Source: Mobula hypostoma (Eukaryota). From it: a stretch of DNA of 64,000 nt. Under the pieces are notes generated by a model. That model saw only the letters and a program-made list of their open reading frames with translations, was not told where the DNA came from and searched no databases. The translations under genes were made by a program, and so were the position numbers. Positions 1 to 13,336 of this stretch are shown one piece after another (positions within the stretch are counted from its first letter, which is position 1; every line of letters begins with the position of its first letter). The stretch is taken from positions 8,866,001 to 8,930,000 of the forward strand of contig NC_086108.1 of assembly GCF_963921235.1 (NCBI RefSeq), in the 5' to 3' direction.

Positions 1-729
1 TACTGTCACTTCCAGTATTCTGCTCACATTATTTATAGTTTTACATAAATCTTTTTATATAAGTAGTTATATAGTTTTACAAGATACAGGAGCAGAATTA
101 GGCCATCTGGCCTATCGAGGCTGTTCTGCCGTTTCATCATGACTGATCCATTTTCCCTCCCAGACACAATCTCCTGCCTTCTCCCTGTATCCCTTCGTGC
201 CCTGACTAATCAAGAATATACAAACCTCTGTCTTAAATATACCCAAAAACCTGGCCTCACCAGTACCTTATACAGCCTCAGCATTACATTCTAATCCTCT
301 TGAAATTAATGTATTTGTTTTCCTCACCACCGACTCACCCTGCAAATTAACCTTCAGAGAATCCTGCATGAGGATTTCAAAGTGCCTTTGCACCTCAGAT
401 TTTTTAATTTTCTCTCCATTTAGAAAATTGTATATGCTTTTATTTCTTCTACCAAAGTACAGGACCATACACTTCTCGACTCTGTATTGCATCTGCCACT
501 TCTTTGCCCATTCTCCTAATCTATCTGTCCTTCTGTAGACTCTTTGCTTCCTCAACACTACATGACCCTCCATCCATCTTCATATTGTCTGCAAACTTGG
601 CCACAAAATCCTATTGTATTTCTTCATTTTCCTGTAAAGGCTTGCAAGAAATTGTTTTTCAAGGCAGTATATGGTAACATATATGTACTTTGATAACAAA
701 TTTACTTTCAACTTTGAGTAAGTTCCATG

Positions 730-1925
730 ATAGAAACATAGAAACACAGAAAATAGGCACAGGAGTAGGCCATTCAGCCCTTCGAGCCTGTACCGCCATT
801 TATTATGATCATGGCTGATCATCCAACTCAGAACCCTGCACCAGCCTTCCCTCCATACCCCCTGATCCCCGTAGCCACAAGGGCCATATCTAACTCCCTC
901 TTAAATATAGCCAATGAACTGGCCTCAACCGTTTCCTGTGGCAGAGAATTCCACAGATTCACCACTCTCTGTGTGAAGAAGTTTTTCCTAATCTCAGTCC
1001 TAAAAGGCTTCCCCTCTATCCTCAAACTGTGACCCCTTGTTCTGGACTTCCCCAACATCGGGAACAATCTTCCTGCATCTAGCCTGTCCAATCCCTTTAG
1101 GATTTTATACATTTCAATCAGATCCCCCCTCAATCTTCTAAATTCCAACGAGTACAAGCCCAGTTCATCCAGTCTTTCTTCATATGAAAGTCCTGCCATC
1201 CCAGGAATCAATCTGGTGAACCTTCTTTGTACTCCCTCTATGGCAAGGATGTCTTTCCTCAGATTAGGGGACCAAAACTGCACACAATACTCCAGGTGTG
1301 GTCTCACCAAGGCCTTGTACAACTGCAGTAGTACCTCCCTGCTCCTGTACTCGAATCCTCTCGCTATAAATGCCAGCATACCATTCGCCTTTTTCACCGC
1401 CTGCTGTACCTGCATGCCCACTTTCAATGACTGGTGTATAATGACACCCAGGTCTCGTTGCACCTCCCCTTTTCCTAATCGGCCACCATTCAAATAATAA
1501 TCTGTTTTCCTGTTTTTGCCACCAAAGTGGATAACCTCACATTTATCCACATTAAATTGCATCTGCCATGAATTTGCCCACTCACCCAACCTATCCAAGT
1601 CACCCTGCATCCTCTTAGCATCCTCCTCACAGCTAACACTGCCGCCCAGCTTCGTGTCATCCACAAACTTGGAGATGCTGCATTTAATTCCCTCATCTAA
1701 GTCATTAATATATATTGTAAACAACTGGGGTCCCAGCACTGAGCCTTGCAGTACCCCACTAGTCACCGCCTGCCATTCTGAAAAGGTCCCGTTTATTCCC
1801 ACTCTTTGCTTCCTGTCTGCCAACCAATTCTCTATCCACATCAATACCTTACCCCCAATACCGTGTGCTTTAAGTTTGCACACTGATCTCCTGTGTGGGA
1901 CCTTGTCAAAAGTCTTTTGGAATTC
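730..1925 (-). mobile_element. CR1-type LINE, 5'-truncated, young (RT C-terminal ORF 828-1883)
   Basis: [36 protein letters not shown]; 3' (TTCTATGT)n-type tail. Confidence 0.92.
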
Positions 1926-2109
1926 CAGACCAGAGTTTAGGACTCAAGCTGCTGAAGGCGTAGTGGAGTGGGGGTTTATAATTAAATTCTGCGCTGATTA
2001 TGAGACTTGAACTTAAGAGCTGATATCACAAAGAGTCATTGGGCGAGGGATGACAGAGAAAGGGTGGGATAAGACCATGAAAGTATTAGTAAACAAGTAC
2101 AAGAATTTT

Positions 2110-2670
2110 AAGCAACACACACAAAATGCTGGAGGAGCTCAGCAAGTCAGGCAGCATCTATGGAGGGGAATAAATTGAAAACGTTTTGAGCCAAGGCCCT
2201 TCATCACAACTGGGAAGGAAGGAGGCAGAAACCAGGCTAAAGTGCAAGGGAGTGGGAGTACAAACTGGCAGATAATGGAGTGCAGGGAGGATGAAGTGAG
2301 AAGCTGGGGGTGGGGAGATAGGTGGTAGAGGTCAAAGGCTGAAGAAGAAATATAAAAGAGGACAGTGGGCCATTAAGGGAAGGAGGAAGAGCACCAGAGG
2401 GAGGTGATAGGCAGATGAGATGAGGTGAGGGCACCTAGAATGGAAAAAAAAGAGTAGAGCAAAAAATTATGAGAAGTTGAAGAAATTAATGTCTGTGCCA
2501 TCAGGTTCAAGGCTACCAAGACAGAACATGAGGTGTTGCTCCTCCAACCTGAGTGTGGTCTCATTGTGTCAGTACAGAAGCATAGACAGACATGTTGGAA
2601 TGTGAATGGAAGGTCGATTTGAAATGGTTGGCCAATGGGAGATCCTGCCTTTTGTGGCAGGACAGAGTGA
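2110..2670 (-). mobile_element. Decayed Penelope-like 3' fragment
   Basis: Degenerate GIY-YIG tail plus terminal repeat with a decayed hammerhead core near 2180-2210. Confidence 0.7.
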
Positions 2671-4093
2671 AGGCTTACATTAAAGATACAAGGGTTTCAG
2701 GAAGGCGTAAGAGGACCGAAAGTGAGCAGTGTTACAATGAGCTGAGAATTTAGCCTTGGTGGGATTGCTGATATGGGACTCAAAGCTCATCCTAGAACCA
2801 AATAGGGGGTTGTCCGCCCAGGTGCGATGTCAAACCAAAGACCTCAACCCCCAGACAATTCTCCCCAGCATCCTGGAGGCCAGATTCCTCCTCGGAGTTC
2901 TCTGCTCATTAGCACAGTGCTGGTTCCGGGAAGCTGCAGGGTCGCCTTGCCTGTCACTATGTTTCCTCTATCACAAACCTTCTTAAGTACTTCGCTGGCT
3001 GTAAAGAATGAAAAAGTAATCCACAAGTCTTAGGTGTCGTCATCGTTCTGTGCCATGCCCTACAACATAGGTGATCGTGGTTTATCCATACAATTGTTCT
3101 TGACAACTTTTTCTACAGAAGCGGTTTGCCATTGCTGCCTTCTGGGCAGTATCTTTACAAGATGGGTGACCCCAGCCATTATCAATACTCTTCAGATATT
3201 GTCTACCTGGCATCATATAACCAGGACGTGATATGCACTATCTGCTCATACGACCATCCACCATCTGCTCCCATGGCCTCGCCGTACACTGATTTTTTTT
3301 GGGGGGGGAGGGAGAGAAGAGGCTAAGTAGGTGCTACACCTTGCTCAACGGTGACCTAGAGGCTATCGGAGGATAGAAGCACCTTACACCTCCTTTGGTA
3401 GAGACGCATCTCTACTCCGCTGCCCCAAGGTAGGCGAACAGCAGAACTGTCTGTTGGGAAGCAGCAGTTGGCTTGTGTCCTCAGGGGGTTGAGGGAGATG
3501 GAAACTAGACAGGACCTTATTACCAGCTGTGCAGGAGATGGGGAGGCAAGGACACCCTGCCAATGGATGAACACCCACAAGTAAATGGCCTGGCTTGAAG
3601 CCCGAAGGTCGATCTGAAGTCGCCAAGGCTGATGGCTGGAGCCTGAGCCTGCAAACGCCTGCGGATCCACTAGTCTGCTGGGGGATGGGGTGAGGGTCTG
3701 TGTGTGTGCATGGGTGGGAGAGAGGGAGGAATGGGGATTATTCTGCAGTCGCTTGGTATATTTGATTTGTTGTGTTCTGCATTGCTCCGTCAATATTGTG
3801 GGTGCTTTGTGCTGGCACCAGAATGTGTTCTGTGCTGCGCCCCGCATTCCCCTGGCCACCCTTGGGGTGTTGGTTGTTAATGCAAATGACACATTCAACT
3901 GATAAGTAAATCTGTATCTGAATCTAATTGGTCTTTGCCCGAACTCTCGCGTGTTCAAACTGCAAGGATATCAGAGAGGGAGAAGTGTCAGTGAAAGGCT
4001 GAACGAAGGGTCTCGGCCTGAAACGTCGACTGCACCTCTTCCTACAGATGCTGCCTGGCCTGCTGCTTCACCAGCAACTTTGATGTGTGTTGC

Positions 4094-4603
4094 CAGAGCA
4101 GACCTGGTCTGGTTTGCAAACTCCACACTGGAGAACCGATTCATTGGTCTGGTTTGCAAACTCCACACTGGAGAACCGATTCATTAGGGTTCAGGGCTTC
4201 CAGAGCAGACCTGGTCAGGTTTGCAAACTCCACACTGGAGAACCGATTCATTGGTCTGGTTTGCAAGCTCCACACTGGAGAACTGATTCATTGGTCTGGT
4301 TTGCAAACTACACACTGGAGAACCGATTCACTGGGGTTCAGGGCTTCCAGAGCAGCCTGGTCTGGTTTGCAAACTCCGCACTGGAGAACCGATTCATTGG
4401 TCTGGTTTGCAAACTCCGCACTGGAGAACCGATTCATTAGGGTTCAGGGCTTCCAGAGCAGACCTGGTCTGGTTTGCAAACTCCGCACTGGAGAACCGAT
4501 TCATTGGTCTGGTTTGCAAACTCCACACTGGAGAACCGATTCATTAGGGTTCAGGGCTTCCAGAGCAGACCTGGTCTGGTTTGCAAACTCCGCACTGGAG
4601 AAC
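4094..4603. repeat. Compound minisatellite of 40-bp and 67-bp units
   Basis: Core TGGTCTGGTTTGCAAACTCCACACTGGAGAACCGATTCAT, with an optional 27-bp TAGGGTTCAGGGCTTCCAGAGCAGACC insert. Confidence 0.93.
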
Positions 4604-4719
4604 TCCCATCCAGGAGGGTCCAGCTTATACTCTCTATCAGCAACACGACACTGAACCAAATAATGGTGCAGCAAAAACAGCCAGCCATCAAAATGTGGTT
4701 CATAATAAGTCTCTGACAT

Positions 4720-4725
4720 TTTATT
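4720..4725 (-). terminator. Polyadenylation signal AATAAA of NOP53
   Basis: tttatt on the plus strand about 70 nt after the stop codon; GT-rich sequence further downstream. Confidence 0.75.
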
Positions 4726-4793
4726 TGGCAGCCAATAAAAATGAAAATTACTATCAACTCCAGCCACAGGATTCTCTTCTCCACCTCCAGCGG

Positions 4794-4800
4794 TTACAAT
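4794..4800 (-). CDS. NOP53: NOP53 exon 13 coding part (completes Thr, then Leu, TAA)
   Basis: ttttttaatttttcag|A TTG TAA completes AC|A; followed by a short UTR with AATAAA. Confidence 0.85.
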
Positions 4801-5142
4801 CTGAAAAATTAAAAAAATTAAAACATTATCATAAAGGTGAAGCACAGAAATCATCCTAGTAATCATTAAACAACACACACAAAATACTGGAGTAACTAAG
4901 GAGGGAGGGAGGGGAGCGGGGGGGCGCGAGGAGGCGGGAGAGGGGAGTATGAGGGTGAGAGGGTAGCACAGGGGGGGCGGGGGGGGGGAGCTGTGAACGT
5001 AGAAGCCACAGGGATTTACTGTGTAGAGAAAGACTGCCATTTCCAGGCTGATTGTAAAATGATCCTAACATGTTGCAGATGTCCATCCACCACAAGGGAA
5101 TGGATTTGGCTTGCCATGCTGATCCAAAGGTATTAAACAAGT

Positions 5143-5224
5143 GGGGGGGGACAGAGAGAGAGAGGGGGAGAGGGAGGGAGAGGGGGAGGGGGGAGAGAGA
5201 GAGAGAGACAGAGAGACAGAGAGG

Positions 5225-5257
<33 letters not shown>
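5143..5257. repeat. (GA)n/(GACA)n microsatellite
   Basis: Read directly. Confidence 0.85.
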
Positions 5258-7039
5258 TCACGCAAAAGCAGCCCCAGGCAGTTGGGCAGAAACTAGAGGC
5301 CAGACTTTCAGAGCTCAGGTTTTAAAGAATCAACTCCAAATCTCAGCTCAACAATTGGGCAAGTGGCATGTTTTCTTTTATAGATTACCTTACATGGATA
5401 TTGTGTTCCTTGCAAATTTATGGAGAAGTCAAATGCTGTACAAGAAGCCTGAGGGGCCTGGGTAGGGTGGACTTGGAGAGACCGTCTCCTCCTGCTACCT
5501 AGCACTGGGATCTGTGTTTGAAAATAAAGGGCTTATTTAACATAGATCAGTGCAGGCCCTTCTGCCCATGATGTTGCAGCCACCTTTGAACCCACTCTAA
5601 GATCAATATGACCTTTCGCTCCCACACAGCCCTCCATTTTTCTGTCAGAAATGTCCCTAATATATCTGCCTCTACCCCCTCCCTGGTAGCACATTCCTCA
5701 CACCCACCACCCTGTGTAAAAATATTACCTCTGACGTTCCCCCCTATACTATCCTCCAATCAGCTTAAAATTAAGCCCTCTAGTATTAGCCATCTAGTAT
5801 TTTTCCCTGGGAAAAAGTCTCAATCTATGCCTCTTATCATCTTGTACACCTCTTTCAAGTCACCTCTCATCCTCCTTCGCTCCAGAGAGAAAAGCCCTAG
5901 CTCACTCAACCTATCCTCATAAGGCACGCTCTGTAATCCAGGCAGCATCCTGGTCATTGTAAATTGTCCTGTGATTGGGTTAGGTTTAAATGGGTTTGTC
6001 AGAGGTTGCTGGAGCAGCATGGCCTGAAATAAATAAATCTCCTCTGCACCGTCTCTGAAGTTTCCACATCCTTCCTATAATGAGGCAACCAGAACCGAAC
6101 ACAATATTCGAAGTGTGGTCCAACCAGTTTTACAGAGCTACAATATTACCTTACAGCCTTTGAACTCAATCCCCCAATTAATGAAGGCCAACTAATTAAA
6201 AGAGATTTCCTCTCTCGGGGGGGGGGGGGCTTTGCAATTCTTCCTCAAAGGGTACTGGAAGCAGTTGAATATTTTAAAAGGAAAGCCCTTCCACTCATCT
6301 AGTCTGTGCCGAACTGTTTAAGCTGCCTACTCCCACTGACCTGCATCGGGACCATCGCTCCCCTTGCCATCCATGCACCTATCCAAACTTTGTTTGAACA
6401 TTGAAATTGAGCTTGCTTGCAGCACTTGTGCACAGAAAACAGGAGCCAGTGGAACTCTTTGTAAGTTCCTTCAAGGTGTGAAATGGATGGGGGTGGGGGG
6501 TGGGGCTGTGGGAAGGTTTGGGAAGACCAGTAGAGTTGTGCTGTGTAGTTTCTTTCCGTGCCTTGTGGTGCATCAGGCAGCAACCTTGCTGTTTCCTAAG
6601 CATTTGTGTCGAATTGCTAGCTTGATGCTCAACACAGCACGGATGGAAAGCATGCAAGGAACTGACCGGACTCCAACCCAGGACCACTCGCCTCGAAGTC
6701 CAGTGCGGATACCATCGACCTGCTAAAAAGTTGTAGTCAAGGGGGTGGCTGGGGGCAGCAATTGCAGTGTGTAAGCAGAACAGAGAACTGCTGTGTGGGC
6801 ACACCACTTGTATGGGAGACGTGCACGTTACTGGGCTGCAATCAATGGTACTTTGACACCGGGACCACTAGACTCAAAAAGACAGTTACCTCCCTCATGC
6901 CATCAGACTGATCAACACCCCCACCCACTAACCGCACCACCACTACATCCACATCAACAAGTGTCACTTTACGTCCGTACACTCGGTCTACGTATACGTT
7001 GTTGTTCCTCTCTGCGCCTCGCGGCACATCCGGCTGCTA

Positions 7040-7200
7040 CCTTGCCGTTTACTTAGCATTTGTCTGTTTTAAGAGGCTGAGTTGCTAGCTCGATGCTCAA
7101 CACAGCACAGACGGAAAGCGCACAAGGAGCCAGCCGGATTCGAACACAGGACCAGGCGCCTCCACGTCCAGTGTGAATGTCACTGCACCACCGGCTGGCT
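7040..7200 (-). mobile_element. Second tRNA-derived SINE family (related copy ~6570-6725)
   Basis: B-box GTTCGAATCC on the minus strand near 7136-7145; two similar copies 470 bp apart. Confidence 0.6.
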
Positions 7201-7344
7201 AAGTCTACATATACAGTACACATTAAGTTTTATAGGATTGCTGTTATAATTATGTTTGTGTTTTCCTGTGTTTTTTTTTAATGTTTATTGTTTCTTTTGT
7301 GTTGCCTTGGATCCACAATAACAATCACGTTGTTCTCTTTGACA

Positions 7345-7475
7345 CGTCATATCATCATATGCTGTGTCATATGATACCATCATTATATGTTGTGTTATGA
7401 CATCATTATGTGCTGTGTCATATGACATCATCATCATGTGCTGTGTCATGACATCATCATGTGCTGTGTCATATG
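7345..7475. repeat. Short ~25-bp tandem repeat
   Basis: CATCAT.ATGTGCTGTGTCATATGA repeated about 5 times. Confidence 0.75.
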
Positions 7476-8771
7476 AGGGCAATCGTGGTCTTTCCATGAC
7501 CTTGATTGTTTTTGGCAAATTTTTCTACCAAAGTGGTTTGCCATTGCCTTCTTCTGGGCAGTGTCTTTACAAGTCAGGTGACCCCAGCCATTATCAATAC
7601 TCTTCAGAGATTGTCTGCCTGGCGTCAGTGGTCACGTAACCAGGACTTGTGATCTGCACCAGCTGCTCCCGTGGCTTCACGTGACCTTGATCTTGGCGGG
7701 GGGGGGGACAGCACTATGCAGGTGCTACACCTTGCTCAAGGGAGACCTGCAGGCTGGCAGAGGGAAGAAGCACCTTACATCTCCTCTGATAGACACATCT
7801 CCACCCCACTACCATTTACACTTCTGTATTGAAAAATGACAAGAAACAATCTTGAATTCCAAATCACTTCAACTGCAGTCTGTCTCAGAAACATCACATC
7901 ACATCATCTCTCCCTGACATCCCACCATCATTCTTCAAAAAAACATATTTTTGAACTAGCCTCAATAATTGGCCAAACTACACTCTCTTGGATGAGGAAC
8001 TACCAAGTGCTCATTCTGAAAAAAAAAGGATGGCTGCAGGTTTTTATAGATCCAGGGGACTTCTCCCAGTTCGTCTGCGAGACAGCTTATTCTTCTTTTC
8101 TCACGACTCTCTTTTCAAGACAGCTGGGGTCCTGTCGGAGCCCATGATTTACAGCTGTACTACGGTTCTCCACAAGTGGTGGGTTTCCACACCAGCCGTG
8201 CAGCTTGGTGTTTTGATACCCGCAGGTGCAGCCTGTAAAACGTGTGCCTTTGGGGTGCTGCCCCGTAGATGACCAGTTCCTTGCTGATGTCGCTGACTGA
8301 AGACTAAAGCATCAAGACAGCAGGCGGTGCGCACTGCTGTCAGAAGGAGGACCCTCTACTCGAGTGATCCTCTCTCTCTCTCGCTCTCTTTTTGATGGTG
8401 AGTGAGATCCTGTCGGTCCTCAAGTTGGGGTGTGGGAGGGACCTCCAGAAGCAATATGAAAGATTGCAACATCAGAACAGAGAACTGCTGGTCTCACTCC
8501 CTCGCTAGTGGGTGAAAACCTATCCGACATACAGTCAAGGTGTTCTGGGGGAGGTATTGTTGATGGTGCAAGTGGGGGGAGGGTCCATAATTTTGCTGCT
8601 GCTCATGTGTGGTGGGGGAGGTTGTGGGGGCTCTGACGTTTCTATCGTTCATTCTTTGGAGCTCTTTGTTTCATGGGTGTCTGTGAAGAGTAAGAATTTT
8701 AGGTTGTATACTGTATACATTCTCTGATATCAAACTGAACCATTTGAGCTGTGGACAGACTGGACACTTAC

Positions 8772-8828
8772 GTAACTTCTCGGAACGCCCGCTTCTCAAC
8801 ATATTTTAGCTTGTACTTCCTCTTGAAC
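8772..8828 (-). CDS. NOP53: NOP53 exon 12 (FKRKYKLKYVEKRAFREVT)
   Basis: ccttag acceptor, AC|GTAAGT donor, 57 nt; conserved basic C-terminus. Confidence 0.96.
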
Positions 8829-9096
8829 CTAAGGAAGAAAAATAACAAACAGGTAAACAAAAAAACAGGTACAGATCAAACCCCTCTCAGGTGGATATAA
8901 AATATCCCAGTGTGGAATGAGCACCCTCTTCACCCATGACTGTGTCTGCCCCTGCCTACACCACCAACTCAATCATCAATCACGGCAAAGATTCGATTAA
9001 TTACAAATAATTGCAAAACAGCAGAGAGGAGGTACAGAAACTGTTGTACTGGTGCAATAACCATAACTTTTCACTCAACATATTAACATTTTGTTG

Positions 9097-9315
9097 GGCA
9101 TCACAGTAGCGTAGTGGTTAGCACAGCACTTTACAGTACAGGTGCTCCAGTTCCAATCACAAGTACCTTCTCCCTGTTACCACTTGGGTTTCCTCCACAG
9201 TCCAAAAACGTACCAGTTAGTAGGTTAACCGGTCATTGTAAATTAGGCTAGGGTTAAATCAGGTATTGCTGGGCAGTGCAGTTCAAAGGGCTGGAAGTAT
9301 CTCAATAAGTAAAAA
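9097..9315 (+). mobile_element. tRNA-derived SINE (further copies at ~16960-17210, 42600-42870, 36185-36330)
   Basis: A-box-like GTAGCGTAGTGGTTAG head; body GGTTAA..GGTCATTGTAAATTGTCC recurs in the window. Confidence 0.7.
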
Positions 9316-10068
9316 ATAATAAGCCAAAGAATCGATTTCAGGAAACCAAGATGGTATGAACAAGCTCCACTGCTCATAAACAGCGAAGCAGTGGGAAGTT
9401 CTTGGGAGTGAACACGCCCTCTTGGACCACCAAAACTTCCTCGATCTTAGGGAGGCTCAGCAGCACCTATACTATTTTACGAGTTTATAATCTGCCCCAA
9501 AAGCTGATGGCGAATACGTAACTGTAAGCATACTGACCTACTGCATGACATTATGGTACATTGCTGCAACAAGATCGATCAGAAAGCACTTCAGCGGGTG
9601 ATCAGGACACCAGAGAACATCACTGGGTTTCAACTACCAGATATGGAAACCATTTAGGTGAATTGGTCACTGTAAGTTGTCCTGCGATTAGACCAGCATT
9701 AAGTACGTGGGTGGCTGGGCGGGTGCAGCTTGCTGAGCCAGAAGGGCCTCTTCCCTATGTATCTCCAAATAAATATTAATTTATTTCAGAGACGTTTGGA
9801 TAGGTATATGGATGGGGGTGGGTTTGGAGGGATAGTCTCCAGGTGTAGTTGATGGACTAGTCGGTTTGGAATAGGTCAGAGGGCCTGTTTCTGTGCTCAG
9901 TACTCTGACTCTGAATCAGCGTTGGGATAGCTGGAGGGGAGGGACTGGCATGATTCTGCCTCCAACTCCACCATACCCGACTCAGCTATAAAAACCTTGT
10001 TAGAGGGCAAGCTGCTGCCGTGTGTAACTGCATATTCACAGAAATCCACACCGTTCACATCCACTTAC

Positions 10069-10145
10069 TTCGCTCTCAGTCTGGGTTCAATCAGATTCCT
10101 CTTCTGCAAGCTCTTAAAGCGGTCGCCAAGGATGCTTCCCTCTGG
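10069..10145 (-). CDS. NOP53: NOP53 exon 11 (PEGSILGDRFKSLQKRNLIEPRLRAK)
   Basis: aacag acceptor, AA|GTAAGT donor, 77 nt; conserved DRFKS.Q.RN.IEPR motif. Confidence 0.96.
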
Positions 10146-10654
10146 CTGTTGGAAACAAAATTCATGTTACAGATTAAAGATTCAGTCACTGCTTCCCTTC
10201 AGTGTAGACACAACATAGGCATGTAGAGAAATTTAAAATCCTGATGAAGGGTCTAGCCCAAAGTGCCATCCGGTTATTCCTCTCCATAAATGCTGCCTGA
10301 CCTGCGGAGTTCTTCCAGCATTTTGTGTGTGTTGCTCTGCATTTCCAGCATCTGCAGAATCTCTTGTCTTCATCAATTTTCAACACCATTAAAATTCAAA
10401 GTTTAAAGTATAATTTATTATCAAAGTACATGCATTTCATCATATACAGCCCTGATTAATAGCTTTACACAAAGGACTTGAACACATCATCACCCACTTC
10501 CCCCTGGTACCCCCACCCCCTGTGCAGGGAGGAGAGACAAGAATGGAAAGGGGAAGTTATCCAGTGGGACAGAAACGCTGAGGAGGCAGGTAAGTGGGTG
10601 GGGGGCAATAGAAGGTAAAAGGAGAGAAGCTACAGCTTGTAAGATTAATGCAGG

Positions 10655-10865
10655 AACAGAGGGAGAGAGCTAGGGGTGGAAGGGAAGTGGGGAAAGAGGG
10701 GGAAGGGGAGGGAAGGAAAGGGTGAAGGGGGAGTGAAGGTGGGGGGGAGTGAAGGGGGAGTGGGGGAGGAAAGGGAGGGAGAGGAGGAAAGGGAGGGTGA
10801 GGAGGAAAGGGAGGGTGAGGAGGAAAGGGAGAGTGAGGGGGAGGGAAGGTGGGGGGGGAAGGAGA
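10655..10865. repeat. Polypurine G-rich low-complexity tract with 18-bp repeats
   Basis: GGAGGAAAGGGAGGGTGA repeats; almost no pyrimidines on the plus strand. Confidence 0.8.
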
Positions 10866-11005
10866 TGTGTTGGTAGGTGGAACAGAGAGCAGGACATGAA
10901 GGGAATACACATTGAAAAGGAGGAAATAGCACAGGAAGGGGATAGGTGTGACAAGCCCATAACACAAGCTCTAAATCTTGTTCTGAACAATGCTGTAATA
11001 CTAAC

Positions 11006-11072
11006 CTTTAAAGCCCGGAGTGAACCAACAAGCTCATCACTGAGTTTCACTTCAAGGTCAGGGTCCTCATAT
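11006..11072 (-). CDS. NOP53: NOP53 exon 10 (YEDPDLEVKLSDELVGSLRALK)
   Basis: ttccag acceptor, AAG|GTTAGT donor, 67 nt, phase-consistent. Confidence 0.94.
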
Positions 11073-12391
11073 CTGGAAGGAAAGCAAGTACACTCAGTAA
11101 GCTAAATACTGTAATTAGAGTCTAGGGCAGGGTCCATGACATAGAAAGGTTGGGAACCCCTGCTACAGAGGTACAGACAGGGCAAATACAAGCAGGATTT
11201 TTTCCTCTGAGTTTCAGTGAGACTAGAATGAGAAGTCATAGGCTAAGGGTGAAAGGTGAAATGCTTAAGGGAACATGAACTTCTTCCCTCAGAGGGTGGT
11301 GAGAGTGTGGAACGAGCTGCTAGTGGAAGTTGTGGATACGGGTTCAATTGCAACATTTAAGAGAAGTTTGGACAGGAGGAGGGGTAGAAGTAGATAGAAT
11401 AATAGTTCAGCATGGACTAGATGGGCTGAAGGGCCTGTGACTGTGTTGTAGTGCTAGATGCTAAAAACCAGAATTTAAAAAAATACAAGATCCTAATCCA
11501 ATTAGTAGATCCCACACGGATAGCACCGACAGAATGGTCAGAATCAGAATAAGGTTTAGTATCACTGGCATATGTCATGAAATTTGTTGTTTTGTGGCAG
11601 CGGTACAATGCAGTACACAATATTAAAAATGTAAATTACACAAAGAAATATATACAAATTATATTAGTAATGCAAAAAGAAAGCAAAAAAAGTGAGTGAG
11701 TGTACGAGTTCACTGTCTAGTCAGAAAATGAATGGTGCAGGGAAAGAATGTTCCTCAGGCTCCTGTACCTCCTCCGTGAGGTAACGATGAGAAGAGGGCA
11801 TGTCCCGGGTCATTAATGAAGAAGGCTACTTTGTTGTGGCATTGCCTTTTGAAGATGCTGAGAGGTCAATACTCCCTTAAAACACCTGGTTTAATATTCC
11901 TTCATGTATTCCACCGCAGAACTACCTCCGTAGCCAGTGGTCTCTCCCCCTTGCAGGAAAGCAGTATCCATCATCAGGGACCTCCACCACCCAGGACGTG
12001 CTCCCTTCTCACTGTGCCACCAGGAAGAAGGTACAGGAGCTTCAGGAGTCACACCACCAGGTTCAGGAACAGTTATTACCCCACAATCATCAGGCTCCTG
12101 AACCACAGGGAATAACTTAACTCAACTTCATTTAACCCATCACTGAAATGTTCCCACAACCAATGGATATTTCATCTCATATTTATTGCAGTGCCTCAAG
12201 AAGGCGGCGTCCATCATTAAGGACCCCCATACCCCAGGACATGTCCTCGTTTCATTGCTACCATCAGGGAGGAGGTACAGAAGTGTGAAGACGCACACTC
12301 AATGATTCAGGAACAGCTTCTTCCCCGCTGTCATCAGATTTCTGAATGGACATAGAACCCTTGAACACTACCTCACTGCATTTTTAATTAC

Positions 12392-12434
<43 letters not shown>

Positions 12435-13256
12435 AACCTACTGTAATTCATGTTTTGTTTCTCTATTATTAAACACTGCATTGTACTCCTGACCTAAAGG
12501 TAACAAATTTTACAATATAGGCCCGTGATATTTAGCCTAATTCTGATTGTTCTTTTTGTACTTGCAGTTTTTTGTCCTCTGCATTCTGGTCCAATGCCCT
12601 CATTGGGTAGTCTCTCATTATATGTAGTTACTATTCCATGGATTTGCTGAGTATGCCTACAGGAAAATGAATCTCGGGGTGGTATGTGGTGCCATTATTG
12701 TATGTACTCTGATAATAAATTTTCTTTACTGAACAGCAGTGATGCCATTTTACACTGCAGTTTATGACCTCCCAGGCACTGAGAAGTGAGCTCGGTCTCA
12801 AAGCTCTCTCACTTCCTCTGAACATGTGCTACTCGCTTCATCAAAAGGGATTAGTTCCGATTATTGTCTTGACAAGCATTTCCCACATTAGTTGCCAGGA
12901 ACCTTGTTTGTTCATTCTCAGCGTGTAAGCTGTTTAGTCAGTTTCCAGTCTCCAGCTCGTGACAAGACTGCACACAGCAGTAGAACAGAGAACGCGGAAC
13001 AGTACACAGCACAGGAAGAGGCTCTTCAGCCCACAATGCTGTGTCTAACCAAATAGTGAACAAGTGGCCAATCTCTTCTGCCTACTCAATGTCCATATCA
13101 CTCCAATGTTCCTCACATCCATGTGCCTATCTAAAAGTCTCTTAAAATTTTCTAACATATCTGCCTTTACCACTACTTCAGGTAACACATTCCAGACTCT
13201 CTGTGTAACAAACTTGCCCCATAGCTCCTTTGAAATTACGCTCTCTCACCTTAAAC

Positions 13257-13336
13257 CGAGGCGTCCCAATCCGAGGTCCACAGACCCCTTGGTTAAAGGT
13301 AAGGTTCCACGGTACAAAAAAGGTTGGGAACGCCTA
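13257..13336. mobile_element. 80-bp hAT/Charlie-like MITE inside a CR1 fragment
   Basis: Imperfect TIRs; 8-bp TSD CCTTAAAC at 13249-13256 and 13337-13344. Confidence 0.7.

Noticed and set aside
4085..4654. Repetitive ORFs, and a CRISPR-like look of the 40/67-bp array
   Set aside because: The intervening sequences are identical rather than unique spacers; eukaryotic minisatellite, no cas genes.
10146..11005. Second snoRNA copy in intron 10
   Set aside because: Isolated TGATGA and CTGA words are present, but there is no terminal stem or U6 antisense element.
10557..11105. Pro-rich and Glu/Gly/Arg-rich ORFs
   Set aside because: Translations of a low-complexity purine tract; only 11006-11072 is exonic.
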